Shown in pieces: positions 12,548 through 25,764 of a stretch of 64,000 bases of DNA (the stretch's first letter is position 1; the number at the start of each line of letters is the position of its first letter). The translations under genes were made by a program, and so were the position numbers. The stretch comes from Eledone cirrhosa (lineage: Eukaryota). Below the pieces are notes generated by a model. It was not told the DNA's origin, made no database searches, and saw nothing but the letters and a program-made list of their open reading frames with translations. Where the stretch lies: assembly GCA_964016885.1 (NCBI GenBank), contig OZ024759.1, forward strand, positions 27,838,001 through 27,902,000, written 5' to 3'.

Positions 12548-12765
12548 AAAGTTAAACAGAAATAACAACACGGAGTTTACGGTATGTATGTGATTACTAA
12601 ACAAACAAGGGTCTCACTACAAATATTCTAAGCTGTGATCAAATCACAGCTAATACAGTAGACTTATGATAATCTTGGACACGTGTTTATCCTTCATGGA
12701 TGTCTATCCTGGATGTTTATCCTTCATGGATGTTTATCCTGGATGTTTATCCTTCATCAGTGACG
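12546..12765 (-). mobile_element. Penelope-like pseudo-LTR with stuttered hammerhead stem II
   Basis: Minus strand CUGAUGA-A-GGAU-AAAC-AUCC is reiterated (30-bp period) and followed by AAACACGUGUC. The tail ends gtgttgttatttctgttta like family A. Confidence 0.55.
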
Positions 12766-12961
12766 CTTATTCTTGTCACGGCACTGAGACAGGAATAACC
12801 TTTTAGTTTCTAAGCTTTTTAACGTATCAAACATCGGCTGGAAATGCTTATTTATATAAAGTGCAAATTTGACTGGCTAGGATTTAAAAAGCTGTGGCAC
12901 TAACATAGCGTGGTTTATGATAGAGATATATATGGAGGTATATACGATATGTTTAACATAA

Positions 12962-13590
12962 CAGTGCATGCTACATGTGAATGGAGTTCCAGTGAAGCAA
13001 GTAAAGAAGTTCAAGTATCTCGGGTCCATGTTCACGAGAGATGGAAGACATGAGGCTGAATTAAATACAAGAATTACATTCAGTAATCAGAAGAGGTTGG
13101 TAGGTAGGTAGGTATAAAAGCCAAAATCGCTGTCTTCAATTCGCTTTTCGTGCCAACCCTTACTTATGGTCATGAATCTTGGGTAATGACCAAAAGAATA
13201 TGATCGCGAATACAAGCGGTCAAAATGGGGTTCCTCCGAAGGGTCTTACTCGATAAAGTGCGTAGCCCAGAGATCAGAGAGTCACCCCAGGTTGAGCTGC
13301 TACTTCTCCGAATTAAGAGATCACAGCTCCGATACTGTGGTCATGTGGTTAGAATGTCTCAGGAAAGAATCACTGGACATATTTTACGGGGGAAAAGCAA
13401 CAGTTAGGAGACCCAGGAGTAGACCCCGGACAAGATGGTTGGATAACATCCATGAGCTTGGCTGGTCTCGTTTAGGGATCCAGCCTGATCAGTTGGAGAC
13501 GGTAGTTTCTGACAGGACCCGCCGGAGGGAGTGTTTGAGGACTCTGCTGCCCCCACGATTCTCAGGAATAAGAACAAGAGTCACGCTATG
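12962..13590 (+). mobile_element. RTE-clade LINE 3' fragment (decayed RT C-terminus)
   Basis: VKQVKKFKYLGS...PTLTYGHESW...MGFLRR...SQLRYCGHVVRM...RPRTRWLDNI, with stops and frameshifts. Confidence 0.9.
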
Positions 13591-13678
13591 AACATTTTAA
13601 GCTTTATTTATAGCTATTTTCTTTGTTAACGGCCGAACCTGTCTACGTCAATTCCGGACGATGAACACGAAGTCTTGT

Positions 13679-13732
<54 letters not shown>

Positions 13733-13869
13733 CACACACTACACACACTACACACACACAGTATGGCCAAAGAAATGCCTTTTATGCCTTGCTACCTGTC
13801 AGTCATATAATTACTTATAACTTACTGTGAACAATTGAAAGTGTCTGAGAAATTGGGTTAGAAATGTGA

Positions 13870-14346
13870 TGAAGAAGAAGAAGTAGAAGAAAGAAGAAGA
13901 AGAGGAAGAAGTAAAAAGTAGAAGAAGTAGAAGACGAAAGAAATAGAAAAGAGAAAGAAGTAAGAGAAGAAGAAGGACGAAGAAGAAGAAGAGAGGGCAA
14001 AGAAGAAGAAAGGACAAAGAAGGACAAAGAAGAAGAAAGACGGACAAAGAAGGACAAAGAAGAAGAAGAAAGACGGACAAAGAAGAAGAAAGGACAAAGA
14101 AGTAGAAGAACAAAGAACGACAAAGAAAAAGGACGAAGAAGTAGAAGAAGGAGGAGCAAGAAGTAGAAGGAGGAGAAAGAAGTAAAAGAAGGAGAAGAAG
14201 GAGAAAGAAGTAGAAGGAGAAGGAGGAGAAAGAAGAAGAAGGAGAAAGAAGTAGAAGGAGAAGGAGGAGAAAGAAGTAGAAGAAGAAGGAGAAAGAAGTA
14301 GAAGAAGAAGAAGAAGGAGGAGGAGAAAGAAGTAGAAGAAGAAGAA
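13870..14346. repeat. Degenerate (AAG)n tract
   Basis: Direct inspection. Similar trinucleotide tracts at 5540-5815, 6560-7010, 8910-9160, 20038-20260, 22003-22260 and 63680-64000. Confidence 0.95.
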
Positions 14347-14532
14347 GTGTTTTGTTTAGAAGATGAGAAGATGTGATACTGTACGTGAGAAACACTTAAC
14401 ATTACTCCAAGGAGTGTTATTGTGATGTGGGTGGGTGATGGCGTTGTGGTGGGTGTAGATCTTGGGGGATGCAGTGGGGCATGGATATATATATATATAT
14501 ATATACATATATACATACATACGCACACACAC

Positions 14533-14642
14533 AGGACTAGCGTCCGAAACGTTAAGCCTCTGTTCCTGCTATTTCAAGCGTTAAACTAATATATTCTTTC
14601 CATATACCGTACTGTTTGTGTTGTTATTTCTGTTTACCTTTT
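14533..14642 (+). mobile_element. Family A copy truncated inside the hammerhead
   Basis: Starts aggactagcgtccgaaacgttaag, identical to stem II-III of the 20.8-kb copy but lacking CUGAUGA. Flanked by (CA)n. Confidence 0.7.
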
Positions 14643-14994
14643 ACACACACGCACACACGCACACGCAAGCACACATATATTATTATTATTATTATTATAC
14701 ATGTATATATTTGCAATATTAATCATGTATGTACATAAGTGCTTTTGTGTGTGTATAGGTATATTACGCTTGCATTATTCAGGGGGAGGTAAAAAATATT
14801 ATGGGGAAATAACTTTAAACCATTTTAACAAACGTTATCTCCCTTGCTTTTCTAAACCTAATTTCACTTAAAGGACGGAACCAATATATTTAACGATGTC
14901 CCTATATTTAAATTGATTCTAAGAATAGACACCGAATCTATGAAAAGACACGTAAAAGAATTGCTGGAATAATTTTCGGTTGGTAATCTCCGTT

Positions 14995-15447
14995 ATTAAA
15001 GCTCGACGTTGGCAGCTGACTTTGTAGACACCCACACAATTATTAACCATCTTGCCAACAACAACACTGAGCACCTTTTTGAATTCCATGTATCTAACAC
15101 ACATCGATATGCCTACAAAATCAGAAAACAGTACAGCTCCCATGACTTTCGGAAACATTTTTCACGCTCAGAGTTGCTGAAGCATGGAACAAACTGCCTG
15201 CATCAGTTGTTAGCTGTCGAGACACTGCATCCTTAAAAAACATCCATGCTTCCCGAAATTCGCCAACACAACACCTGATATTCCCTCTCCACATACACAC
15301 ATGCGTGCGTGCGTGTGTGTGTATATCATGACTCATACACTGTTCACTTTCTTGACGTTTGTACATTATTCTATGTACTGTACATGCACCTTTGATAAAT
15401 TGTAGTGCACCTGAGCACTGTACACAATAATTTTCATTATTATATTA
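14995..15447 (+). mobile_element. CR1-clade LINE 3' fragment
   Basis: ...HDFRKHF/LRVAEAWNKLPASVV motif typical of the CR1 ORF2 end, followed by a 3' UTR. Confidence 0.75.
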
Positions 15448-15618
15448 CTACATGAAGTTTAAACTATACAGACGTGGCCATCGTTCAGATGGTGGCTGGC
15501 TTTGTTTGTCTTCACAGACGATGTGAGGTCAGACTTATTATATGAGCATAAATATTTATAAGAAAATAGTACGCGCGCACACACACACACACACACGCAC
15601 ACACACGCACGCACACGC

Positions 15619-15670
<52 letters not shown>

Positions 15671-15991
15671 CCAATGGAAGATAGTATCGTGTAATGTGAA
15701 ATTAGATTTCAGCTGATGTTTTATCTATTTTTACATTGGTTAAGATATCGTTTATAATGCTTCAATACTTTGTCTCTATATCTTATGATAGCGTCTGTGT
15801 GCAGAGGTGTGTGTGTGGACGTCTGTGTATTTGTGGAGGCATAAGTGTGTGTATATTTGGGAAGACCTATGTGTGTATATGTACATGTGAAGGTCTGCGT
15901 GTACACCTGTGTTGAAAAAACACTCACCCGTTGGACGAGTTATGGTATACAGTAATTTATTACAGCAACTATGTTGTAATTTAGATACGCG

Positions 15992-16592
15992 TTTGCTTGA
16001 ACAAGTTGAGAAGTTCAAATACCTTGGTTCACTAATTGGGCAGAGGGAAGTTGGGAAATAAGGGCGAGACTAGCAACCGCAAGACCAGTCCTGAGCACAC
16101 TCAGCAGCATTGGAAGGATAGAGCTCTTACAAAGTCCACCAAAAAGAAAGTAATCAAAACATTAGTGTGGCCAGTAGCTCTATATGGCTGTGAGTCATGG
16201 ACTTGAAACGACTGAATGCATTTGAAATGTCATGCTATATGTGTGTGCTTAGAATTAGCTGGACAGCTCACAAAACCAATAAATCTGTCCTGGAAGAGAT
16301 TAGTGCCAATCGATAATTGGATAAAACAGTAAGGTAAAGGAAACTTCAGTATGTTGGTCATATTATCAGGGCTCAAAATTTGACTACCCACATCCTTGAG
16401 GGACGAATACAAAGGAAAAGGGGCTAGGGGACGGCAGAAAAGGAGATGGACAGATGATATTAAGGAATGGACAGGAAGGAGTTTGGTGGAATGTACGGCA
16501 ATGGCAAGAGACAGGAAAAGATGAAGAGTGCTGGTCCATAAGTCCCATGACCCTGACCATCTGATATGAGGATGGGTTGAGAAGAAGAAGAG
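15992..16592 (+). mobile_element. RTE-clade LINE 3' fragment (second family)
   Basis: LEQVEKFKYLGS...VALYGCESW...LNAFEM...LQYVGHIIR...ILEGRI...RRWTDDIKEW, with a (gaa)n tail. Confidence 0.9.
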
Positions 16593-17349
16593 TTTCCTTG
16601 GTCGCCTATTTCAAACATGTCTGACCCAGGACCCAAGTGATATTAAGTCAAGCAGTAAACCGAGAGAACTTGAGGGCGTTTGTAAAGCAGCAAGTCAAGC
16701 TAGCAATAATGAGAAAATGGTTTGCACAAGCAGCCCCGAGAAGGGTTCGGTCGAGAACGACGGTTGTGAAATTACCAAGGTTATTTATTTGATAAATAGT
16801 GGTAGTGTGTGTGTGCGTGTGTGAATAGATTTAGCGACACCTTCCGCTCCTCTCAACCTTGTTTATTTCCAAAGAAAACTGCAGTCTATTCATCATTTTT
16901 GAGGAACAGGTGTGTGTGTGTGTGTGTGTGATTATATGTACATATGTATATGTATGTATGTGTGTATGTTTATGTATGTATGTATAAACACTTGACAGAA
17001 AACAACAATAAACACGCCAACATCGCCATCATTATCATTGAGAAGAATACGAATGAACAGTAGCAGAAGAATGATAGCATAAACAACACCAATGAAAGAG
17101 CAGAACTAATGGAAACAAAGAAGAAAAGCAAAACAAAGGAGTTTTCTGTCAATACTGAAGAGAGGAGTAGGAGAAGGAGGAGGAGATTCTGGGTATGTGA
17201 TGGAGGCGGAGTGAGCGATGTGATCGTCTGCTACAGTCAATTTGTAAAAAAAAGTACGATATGAGGTGCAATAAATCACTCGAAAAACTACTACCACCAC
17301 CACCACTACCACCACCACCACCACCACCACCACCACCACTACCACCATC

Positions 17350-17386
<37 letters not shown>

Positions 17387-17606
17387 ATAATAATGATAAA
17401 AAACAAAAACAAAAATGACATCTAAAAAAGAACAAAAACTAAGAAATTAAAAACATAATATATATATAAATATATATATGTATATATACGTCAACCCAGA
17501 CAGTTATATATATATATATATTGCCCTCTTCCTGCTATATCACGCGTTAACCTAATATATACATTCCATATACTGTACCGATTGTGTTGTTATTTCTGTT
17601 TACCTT

Positions 17607-17693
<87 letters not shown>

Positions 17694-17699
<6 letters not shown>

Positions 17700-17868
17700 G
17701 AAGGTGGTTAGATTATTAATCACCATGGTACTCGATACTTGGGGTAGTAAAGTATTGTTATATGAAAGAGTCGAGACCCCGACGGTTGAGCTCTTGCCGT
17801 TTCAACAGCTAGTTCCAGACTGGAATTAACGACAATACCTCAGCCGCCGGGGTCCCGACTCTTTCATA
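17694..17868. mobile_element. Family B diverged subfamily copy with partial inverted arm
   Basis: gaccccgacggttgagctcttgccgtttc on the left, partial reverse complement to gactctttcatata on the right. Confidence 0.6.
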
Positions 17869-17915
17869 TATATATATATGCAATATACACACACACACAC
17901 ACATATATATATGTA

Positions 17916-17957
<42 letters not shown>

Positions 17958-18010
17958 ATATACACACTCACACACACACACACACATATATATATATACA
18001 CATATATGTA

Positions 18011-18050
<40 letters not shown>

Positions 18051-18313
18051 CATAGTAAACATCATTTGGTTGTTTTTGCTAAAGTTCTCAATTTATATGA
18101 ACTGTAATAAAAAATAACTAAAACGTTACTTAAGAATTCAGACGAGAGAAAAGTCAAGTCCAAAATATTTTCTTAGAAAAAGTCAGAAATTTTTCAATCC
18201 ACCATTTTTTTCTCTTCAACAAATTCTTTACAATGTCTCTCGTTTTCCATTTTCTATTGGCTTGTTTACATTGATGTATACACACATATACATACATACA
18301 TACATATATATAT

Positions 18314-18381
<68 letters not shown>

Positions 18382-18416
18382 ATCTACCTAGATACATGCA
18401 TACAAACATTTATATA

Positions 18417-18481
<65 letters not shown>

Positions 18482-18555
18482 ATATATTATATATATATAT
18501 ATATTATATATATATATATATTATATATATATATATATTATATATATATATATAT

Positions 18556-18589
<34 letters not shown>

Positions 18590-18616
18590 ATATATATTAT
18601 ATATATATATATATAT

Positions 18617-18648
<32 letters not shown>

Positions 18649-18671
18649 ATATATTATATATATATATATAT

Positions 18672-18724
<53 letters not shown>

Positions 18725-18730
18725 ATATAT

Positions 18731-18763
<33 letters not shown>

Positions 18764-18772
18764 ATATATATA

Positions 18773-18840
<68 letters not shown>

Positions 18841-18848
18841 ATATATAT

Positions 18849-18882
<34 letters not shown>

Positions 18883-18888
18883 ATATAT

Positions 18889-18964
<76 letters not shown>

Positions 18965-19106
18965 GTATATATATATATATATATAATATATATATGTGTG
19001 TAATATATATGTACACACACACACATATACTATATCTATCTATCTATCTATATGTAATCATGCATGGATATATTCAGGAATATACACCCTTGCATGTATA
19101 TATATA

Positions 19107-19282
19107 TCGGCTATTTATTTACCAGACTAAAAAAACTCTTACTTTAGTCCAGAAATAGCCGTCGAAACTGCTTGAGCTCTGCCGTCGGGGTCATACCTTC
19201 TCCTATTACCCATTCTACTACCCTAAGTATTGAGTACTCTGATGCGTTATGATCCATCTGGTTCCTTACCACAACTCCTTCG

Positions 19283-19284
<2 letters not shown>
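19107..19284 (+). mobile_element. Family B element with short inverted 5' arm
   Basis: agtccagaaatagccgtcgaaac...ccttcgtta, flanked by (TA)n. Confidence 0.8.
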
Positions 19285-19338
<54 letters not shown>

Positions 19339-19633
19339 GTTTGCTCTCATGCCCGTTTAAATACATACATAATGGCATACAGATATACATACATAATGGC
19401 ATACAGATATACAGGCATACACGTATACACACACACACACACAAGAACATACACACACACACACACCTACCTATATCATCTGTTTTATACATATGTCTAT
19501 ATATGTGTGTGTATGTGTGTATTTGTGTTCGTGTGAGTCTGTGTGTGTTTGTGTGTCCATTAATATGTGTATGTGTGTATATATATATGTGTGTGTTTGT
19601 TTGTGTGTGTGTGTGTCCATGTGTATATGTGTG

Positions 19634-19667
<34 letters not shown>

Positions 19668-20541
19668 TGTGTCCATCTGTCTGTGTGTCTCTGTGTATGT
19701 GTGTGTGGTCCATGTGTGTCTGTGTGTGTGTGTGTATCTGTATGTGTGCGTCTCTGTGTGTGTATGTGGTCCATGTGTATGTGTGTGTATTTATGTGTCC
19801 ATTAGTATGCGTGTGTGTGTGTATCTGTGTATGTGTGTGTGTCTGTGTGTGTATCGATACACTGACATACAAAGTGAATCCGATTGAAGAATACCAGACG
19901 AAATTGAGCTATTAGCATTGAACCAAAATTAGACATACGGACGCTAAAAACATTCAACAACAACAGCGACAATAACAAAACCAATATCGAAATCACCATT
20001 GAGACACAACTAGCACTGACAAACACTCCATTATTATCAACAACAACAACAACAATCACAACAACCACAACATCAACAATCACAACAACAACAGCCACAA
20101 CAACCGCCACAACATCAACAATCACAACAACAACCACAACAGCCACAACCACAACAACAACCACAACAGCCACAACAACAACAACAACAATCACAACAAC
20201 CACCACCACCACTACCACAACAACAACAATCACAACAACAACAGCAACAACCACAACAACAATTTCTACACCTCAATCAATGACAACAACTAACAGCAAC
20301 AACAATGTAATGGAGTCAATATATCAGATCAACGCTTAACTGTTAGTGAGGTTGAGAGAGGGCGTGGAGAGGAGGAGGGGAGGAAGAGTAGTGAGGAGGT
20401 GGCTGTGTCTGGTTTATTTTAAGAAAATATCAATTGATAAGAAAAGATATTTATATAATTCTTTACCAGATGGTGGTCACATCTGGAGTGCCTTTCCAAT
20501 TAACTGACATTTCCTCCATCCCTCGCCACGTATATATACGC

Positions 20542-20577
<36 letters not shown>

Positions 20578-20602
20578 GCACATATATATAATACACACAC
20601 AA

Positions 20603-20644
<42 letters not shown>

Positions 20645-20664
20645 GTATGTATATATATATGTAA

Positions 20665-20746
<82 letters not shown>

Positions 20747-20749
<3 letters not shown>

Positions 20750-20995
20750 GAAGGTAAACAGAAATAACAACACAATCGGTACAGTATATGGAAGGGATAT
20801 ATTAGGTTAACGCTTGATATAGCAGCAAGAGGGTCTTAACGTTTCGGACGCTAGTCCTTCATCAGAAGAAAGAATGAGAAATAAGATAGATTGAGGGGAC
20901 GGGCGGGTTGGAATTGGAAAAAAAGGTCTTTAGCTAAAAATAACAGGTCCATTCATGTTGACATCTCTTGCAAAACTGTTGGTGCTGGCGTTTTG
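20747..20995 (-). mobile_element. Family A Penelope-like pseudo-LTR element
   Basis: Hammerhead followed by a ~90-nt tail ending tgtgttgttatttctgtttacctt at (TA)n/(CA)n. 5'-truncated copies occur at 9980-10045, 10093-10132, 14533-14642, 17522-17610, 30161-30192 and 30456-30512. Confidence 0.7.
20834..20869 (-). ncRNA. Minimal type I hammerhead ribozyme motif (family A)
   Basis: Minus strand UCUU-CUGAUGA-A-GGAC-UAGC-GUCC-GAA-ACGU-U^AAGA. Stems I and II are perfect and stem III is the palindrome ACGU, the classic minimal Penelope-type layout. Confidence 0.8.
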
Positions 20996-21123
20996 TGTGT
21001 GTGTATATATATGTATATATATATGTATATATATATGTGTGTGTGTGTAAACACACATACACACACATGAAAAAAGGTGCCCCCAAACAGAGGGAAATGA
21101 AGCAAAATGGGGAGATTTTATAT

Positions 21124-21300
21124 AATTGTTTCTACTTTAGGCACAAGGCCAGCAATTATCCAGTGCATTACTGGTACTTTATTTTATCGACCCCGTAAGG
21201 ATGAAAGGCAAAGTCAACCTCGGCGGGATTTGAACTCAGATTGTAAAGGGACGTAACTATGCTGGAAAGCATGGCGTCCGACACTCTACCGATACTGCCA
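21124..21300 (-). mobile_element. SINE family N
   Basis: Near full-length reverse-complement copy. Confidence 0.85.
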
Positions 21301-22511
21301 ATAATGAAAGCTATACTCATTTTCACAGTTGAGAAGACATCTCTCACCCACCCTAAAGTGGATGGGAGATTTCCCTGTCGGACAGGGAGAACTGACAGGT
21401 CTGGAGTTAAGTGCCCTAATCGCTGACACAACACTGATCACCAATTTTACTCTTTACTTTAGAGAATCTAAAGGTTGAAGCAGGTTATTGAAAACAATAG
21501 GAAAATAAACCATCTCTGTTAAATGTAGGAGATGTAACACCAACCGTTGGTGGTGTGATCTGCCAAAACGATTGTACAGTGACTTAACTATTGATTGAAT
21601 AAAATACACAGATCAATAAATAAATAAATAAATAAATAAATAAATAGCTAAAAAAAATCTAAGCAATAGACTTCTTAAGAAATCGGTTTAAAATCGAAAT
21701 GAAATAAACATGAGTTTCTTTGCCAATTTCAAAATTGTAAAAACTAATTATAAAAGGGAGGGTTGGGTTGACGGGGACGATGAAGCGGGGGAGACTGCAA
21801 AACAATTATTGCTTGTGACCAATGCTGGTGTCAAGTATTTCATTGGTGCCAAAAGTTTGTGTCCAAACTGAAAAGACGGTAAAAGTGCTGCAAGAAAGGC
21901 CAACGATGTCACATTGCCAGACAGGATCTTAATAACTTCTTAATTAGTCGCTATAAGAAAGTTTATCATTTAATTTTTGGCATGGTTCTTCTGGGAGAAC
22001 GGTATGATGGTGGTGGTAGTGGTGATGGTGATGGTAATGATAGTATGGTCGTGGTGATGGTGGTGGTGGTGATGGTGGTGGTAGTGGTGATGGTGATGGT
22101 AATGATAGTATGGTGGTGGTGATGGTGGTGGTGGTGATGGTGGTGGTAGTGGTGATGGTGATGGTAATGATAGTATGGTCGTGGTGGTGATGGTGGTGAT
22201 GGTGGTGGTAGTGGTGATGGTGATGGTACTGATAGTATGGTCGTGGTGATGGTGGTGGTTCTATTTTCTAAATACTCTGTATATTTCTTTGCATCTAGTA
22301 ACGACTTCACAGATACTACTACTACTATTACTACTACTACTACTACTACTACAACAACAACAACAACACCCGGTAACGACTTCACAGCAGCCGTAAAACT
22401 GCTTCAGTTTCCTTATCACGTTTCTTCTCAGATCAGAAATAATTAAACATCACAAATGAAACTCATATTACTATTAAATACTCACCATTGTTTCATTCCT
22501 TCCCAATATAT

Positions 22512-23218
22512 GGAGGCCTAGTGGTAAGGGTGTTGGACTTACGATCATGATATCGTGGGTTCGATTCCTTGACTGGGTTGTGTCACGTCCAGGGGTTGTC
22601 TACTGTAGCCAAGTGGTGAGGGTGTTAGACTTACGATTATATTGTCGTGGATTTGATTCCAAGACTGGGTTGTGTCACGTCCAGGGGTTGTCTACTGTAG
22701 CCGAGTGGTGAGGGTGTTGGACTTACGATCATGATATCGTGGGTTCGATTCCAAGACTGGGTTGTGTCACGTCCAGGGGTTGTCTACTGTAGCCTAGTGG
22801 TGAGGGTGTTGGACTTACGATCATGATATTGTGGGTTCGATTCCAAGACTGGGTTGTGTCACGTCCAGGGGTTGTCTACTGTAGCCTAGTGGTGAGGGTG
22901 TTGGACTTACGATTATATTGTCGTAGATTTGATTCCAAGACTGGGTTGTGTCACGTCCAGGGGTTGTCTACTGTAGCTTAGTGGTGAGGGTGTTGGACTT
23001 ACGATTATATTGTCGTAGATTTGATTCCAAGACTGGGTTGTGTTACGTCCAGGAGTTGTCTACTGTAGCCTAGTGGTGAGGGTGTTGGACTTACGATTAT
23101 ATTGTCGTGGGTTCGATTCCTTGACTGGGTTGTGTGTTCTACAGCAAAAACACTTCATTTCACGTTGCTCCAGTAGACTCAGCTGAAAATGAGTACCAGC
23201 AATAGCTGGGGTTTAACT
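22512..23218 (+). repeat. Seven tandem 92-bp SINE-head units (family S3) followed by the SINE body
   Basis: gactggg recurs every 92 bp from 22571 to 23123. Each unit has an A box (consensus TAGCCTAGTGG) and B box GGTTCGATTCC or the variant GATTTGATTCC. Confidence 0.9.
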
Positions 23219-23479
23219 TTTGAATCACGTGTTTCTCAGTGAGTCTTTTTGCCGAGTTTATCTCTCTCTCGCCTCTCCTCCATTCCCATCCGTCTCTCCC
23301 CCTCTCTCTCAGTGCAGTGTGTATTTCTATATCATATAATCTTGCCAGGCATTGGCCGTGAACAGACTACTGTTGGCAATAACATTTTGTTATTCAATCT
23401 TCAGTTTATTATTCTTTTAAAAGTTACTGTCCTTATTTCTTGTCTACACATTCCCTCTCTCCTCCTTCCTCTCTCCATC

Positions 23480-23935
23480 CACTCTCTCTCGCCCTTTCTC
23501 TCCGTCTCTCTCTCTCGCCCTTTCTCTCCGTCTCTCTCTCTCGCCCTTTCTCTCCGTCTCTCTCTCTCGCCCTTTCTCTCCGTCTCTCTCTCTCGTCCTT
23601 TCTCTCCGTCTCTCTCTCTCTCGTCCTTTCTCTCCGTCTCTCTCTCTCTCGCCCTTTCTCTCCGTCTCTCTCTCTCTCGCCCTTTCTCTCCGTCGCTCTC
23701 TCTCTCTCGCCCTTTCTCTCCGTCGCTCGCTCTCTCTCTCTCGCCCTTTCTCTCCGTCTCTCTCTCTCTCTCGCCCTTTCTCTCCGTCTCTCTCTCTCTC
23801 TCTCTCTCTCTCGCCCTTTCTCTCCGTCTCTCTCTCGCCCTTTCTCTCCGTCTCTCTCTCTCTCGCCCTTTCTCTTCGTCTCTCTCTCTCCGTTTCTCTC
23901 TCTCGTCCTTTCTCTCTTCGTCTCTCTCTCTCTCT
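23480..23935. repeat. Pyrimidine-rich minisatellite cgccctttctctccgt(ct)n
   Basis: About 16 units. Confidence 0.9.
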
Positions 23936-24703
23936 ATCTATCTATCTCTCTTTCTCCTCGTCTCTCTCCATCCACCACCCCTCTCTCTCGTTCTCTCTCT
24001 ATCTTGTCTGTTATTTCAAATTATAACTATGTAACATTTGCTGTCTTTCTTGAAGACAAAAAAAAAATGTTTCTTTTGTTTTACTCATATTTCACTGTTA
24101 ATTATATTAGTTTTCTTAAAGCATTTACAACATTTTTTTTTTCAATCTGTGGTAGATATTTTATAATCAACTTCTTGTTACAAATGGCGCCTACCTATCT
24201 GTATTCGCACTAAATATAATCTTCTTGCCTCAAATATTCGTTGATATATTTAAAATGTGGGTTAATATTTTTCTTGTTCTTTATCCAGTTAGGATTATTA
24301 CAGCTGTAACTTATTAATGGAACATCTAGAGCGTTGTCATTTATGTAGTCTTACTTTACTTTATTTTAATGTAACTATAACTACATTTTTACATTTTCAG
24401 TCCAGACGGGTCTATGATAGTACAGTACAGACATAACTAATATTACTCATGCATATGAGCATTAGTATCTTCTTCTTCTTCTTCTTCTTTTTTTTCTTTT
24501 TCTTCGTTATTCCTGAGAGGGTCGTGGAGACAGAGTCCTCAAACACTCATTCCAGCGGGTCCTATCAGAAGCAATATAATATATAAAATATATATATAAT
24601 ATATTTTTGAATGGAAAGTGTGTGTATATGTGTGTTAGTTAAATATTTATTATGAAACGATGGTCTGTTTACTCACTTTATGTTCGTGGAGAACAATTGA
24701 CAG

Positions 24704-24743
<40 letters not shown>

Positions 24744-24904
24744 ACTTCTACAACACATTCATATACACACCCATATACTGCTACATACGTTCATACACAT
24801 ATACGTATATAGAAATACACCTTCATACACAGATAAATATTCACACACACATTCCCATATCATCTGCCACTACACACATACTCATATATGCACACACATA
24901 CCCA

Positions 24905-24954
<50 letters not shown>

Positions 24955-25104
24955 TCACACATACACACATACAAATCTAAGTATACACACTCATACATTG
25001 TTACACGCTCACATATACCCACAAATACACTGCCATATACGCGCACACACACACACACACACGCACACATATATAAAGACATACACATATATATAAATAT
25101 ACTC

Positions 25105-25162
25105 TTTTACTCTTTTACCTGTTCTAGTCATCCGGCTGAGGCCATGCTGGGGCACCGCCCTT

Positions 25163-25198
<36 letters not shown>

Positions 25199-25205
25199 AG
25201 ACATA

Positions 25206-25242
<37 letters not shown>

Positions 25243-25249
25243 AGACATA

Positions 25250-25286
<37 letters not shown>

Positions 25287-25672
25287 AGACATACGCATAT
25301 ATATAAATATATATATATATATAGAAAGACATACGCATATATATATATATATAGAAAGACATACGCATATATATACATATATATATAGAAAGACATACGC
25401 ATATATATACATATATATATTCAAAGACATACAACCACACGTATACATATATATACACAAAGACACACATATATATATCGACAGTCGATCGACTTTCGTC
25501 AAATCGGACCGAGGAAACAACGTTTCCAATTGGTAATACTATCTATCTTCCAGGCAGAAGGAACAACGTGAAATAAAATGTCTTGCTCAAGGACATAACG
25601 CATTACACGGTTCGGGAATCGAACTCACAACTTCACGATTGCGAATCCAATTCTCGAACCACTCAGCCACAC
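25105..25672 (-). mobile_element. SINE family S1, probably split by an expanded microsatellite
   Basis: Head and body at 25478-25672, putative 3' tail at 25105-25165, with a (TA)n-gaaagacatacgca minisatellite between them. Confidence 0.65.
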
Positions 25673-25731
25673 ATCTATACCTCTCTTTATACACACACAC
25701 ACACACACACACACACATCTATACCTCTCTT

Positions 25732-25764
<33 letters not shown>

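Noticed and set aside
14340-14480. Similarity to 45420-45570 (tttagaagatgagaagat...)
   Set aside because: Real but short and decayed dispersed repeat following (AAG)n; cannot be classified.
20466-20530. Possible small + strand exon (ctttaccag|ATGGTGGTC...CAC|gtatat)
   Set aside because: No recognisable peptide, weak donor inside a microsatellite, no partner exons.
21870-22003. Short open frame ending at gtatga donor
   Set aside because: Weak acceptor, no recognisable homology, donor overlaps a trinucleotide repeat.
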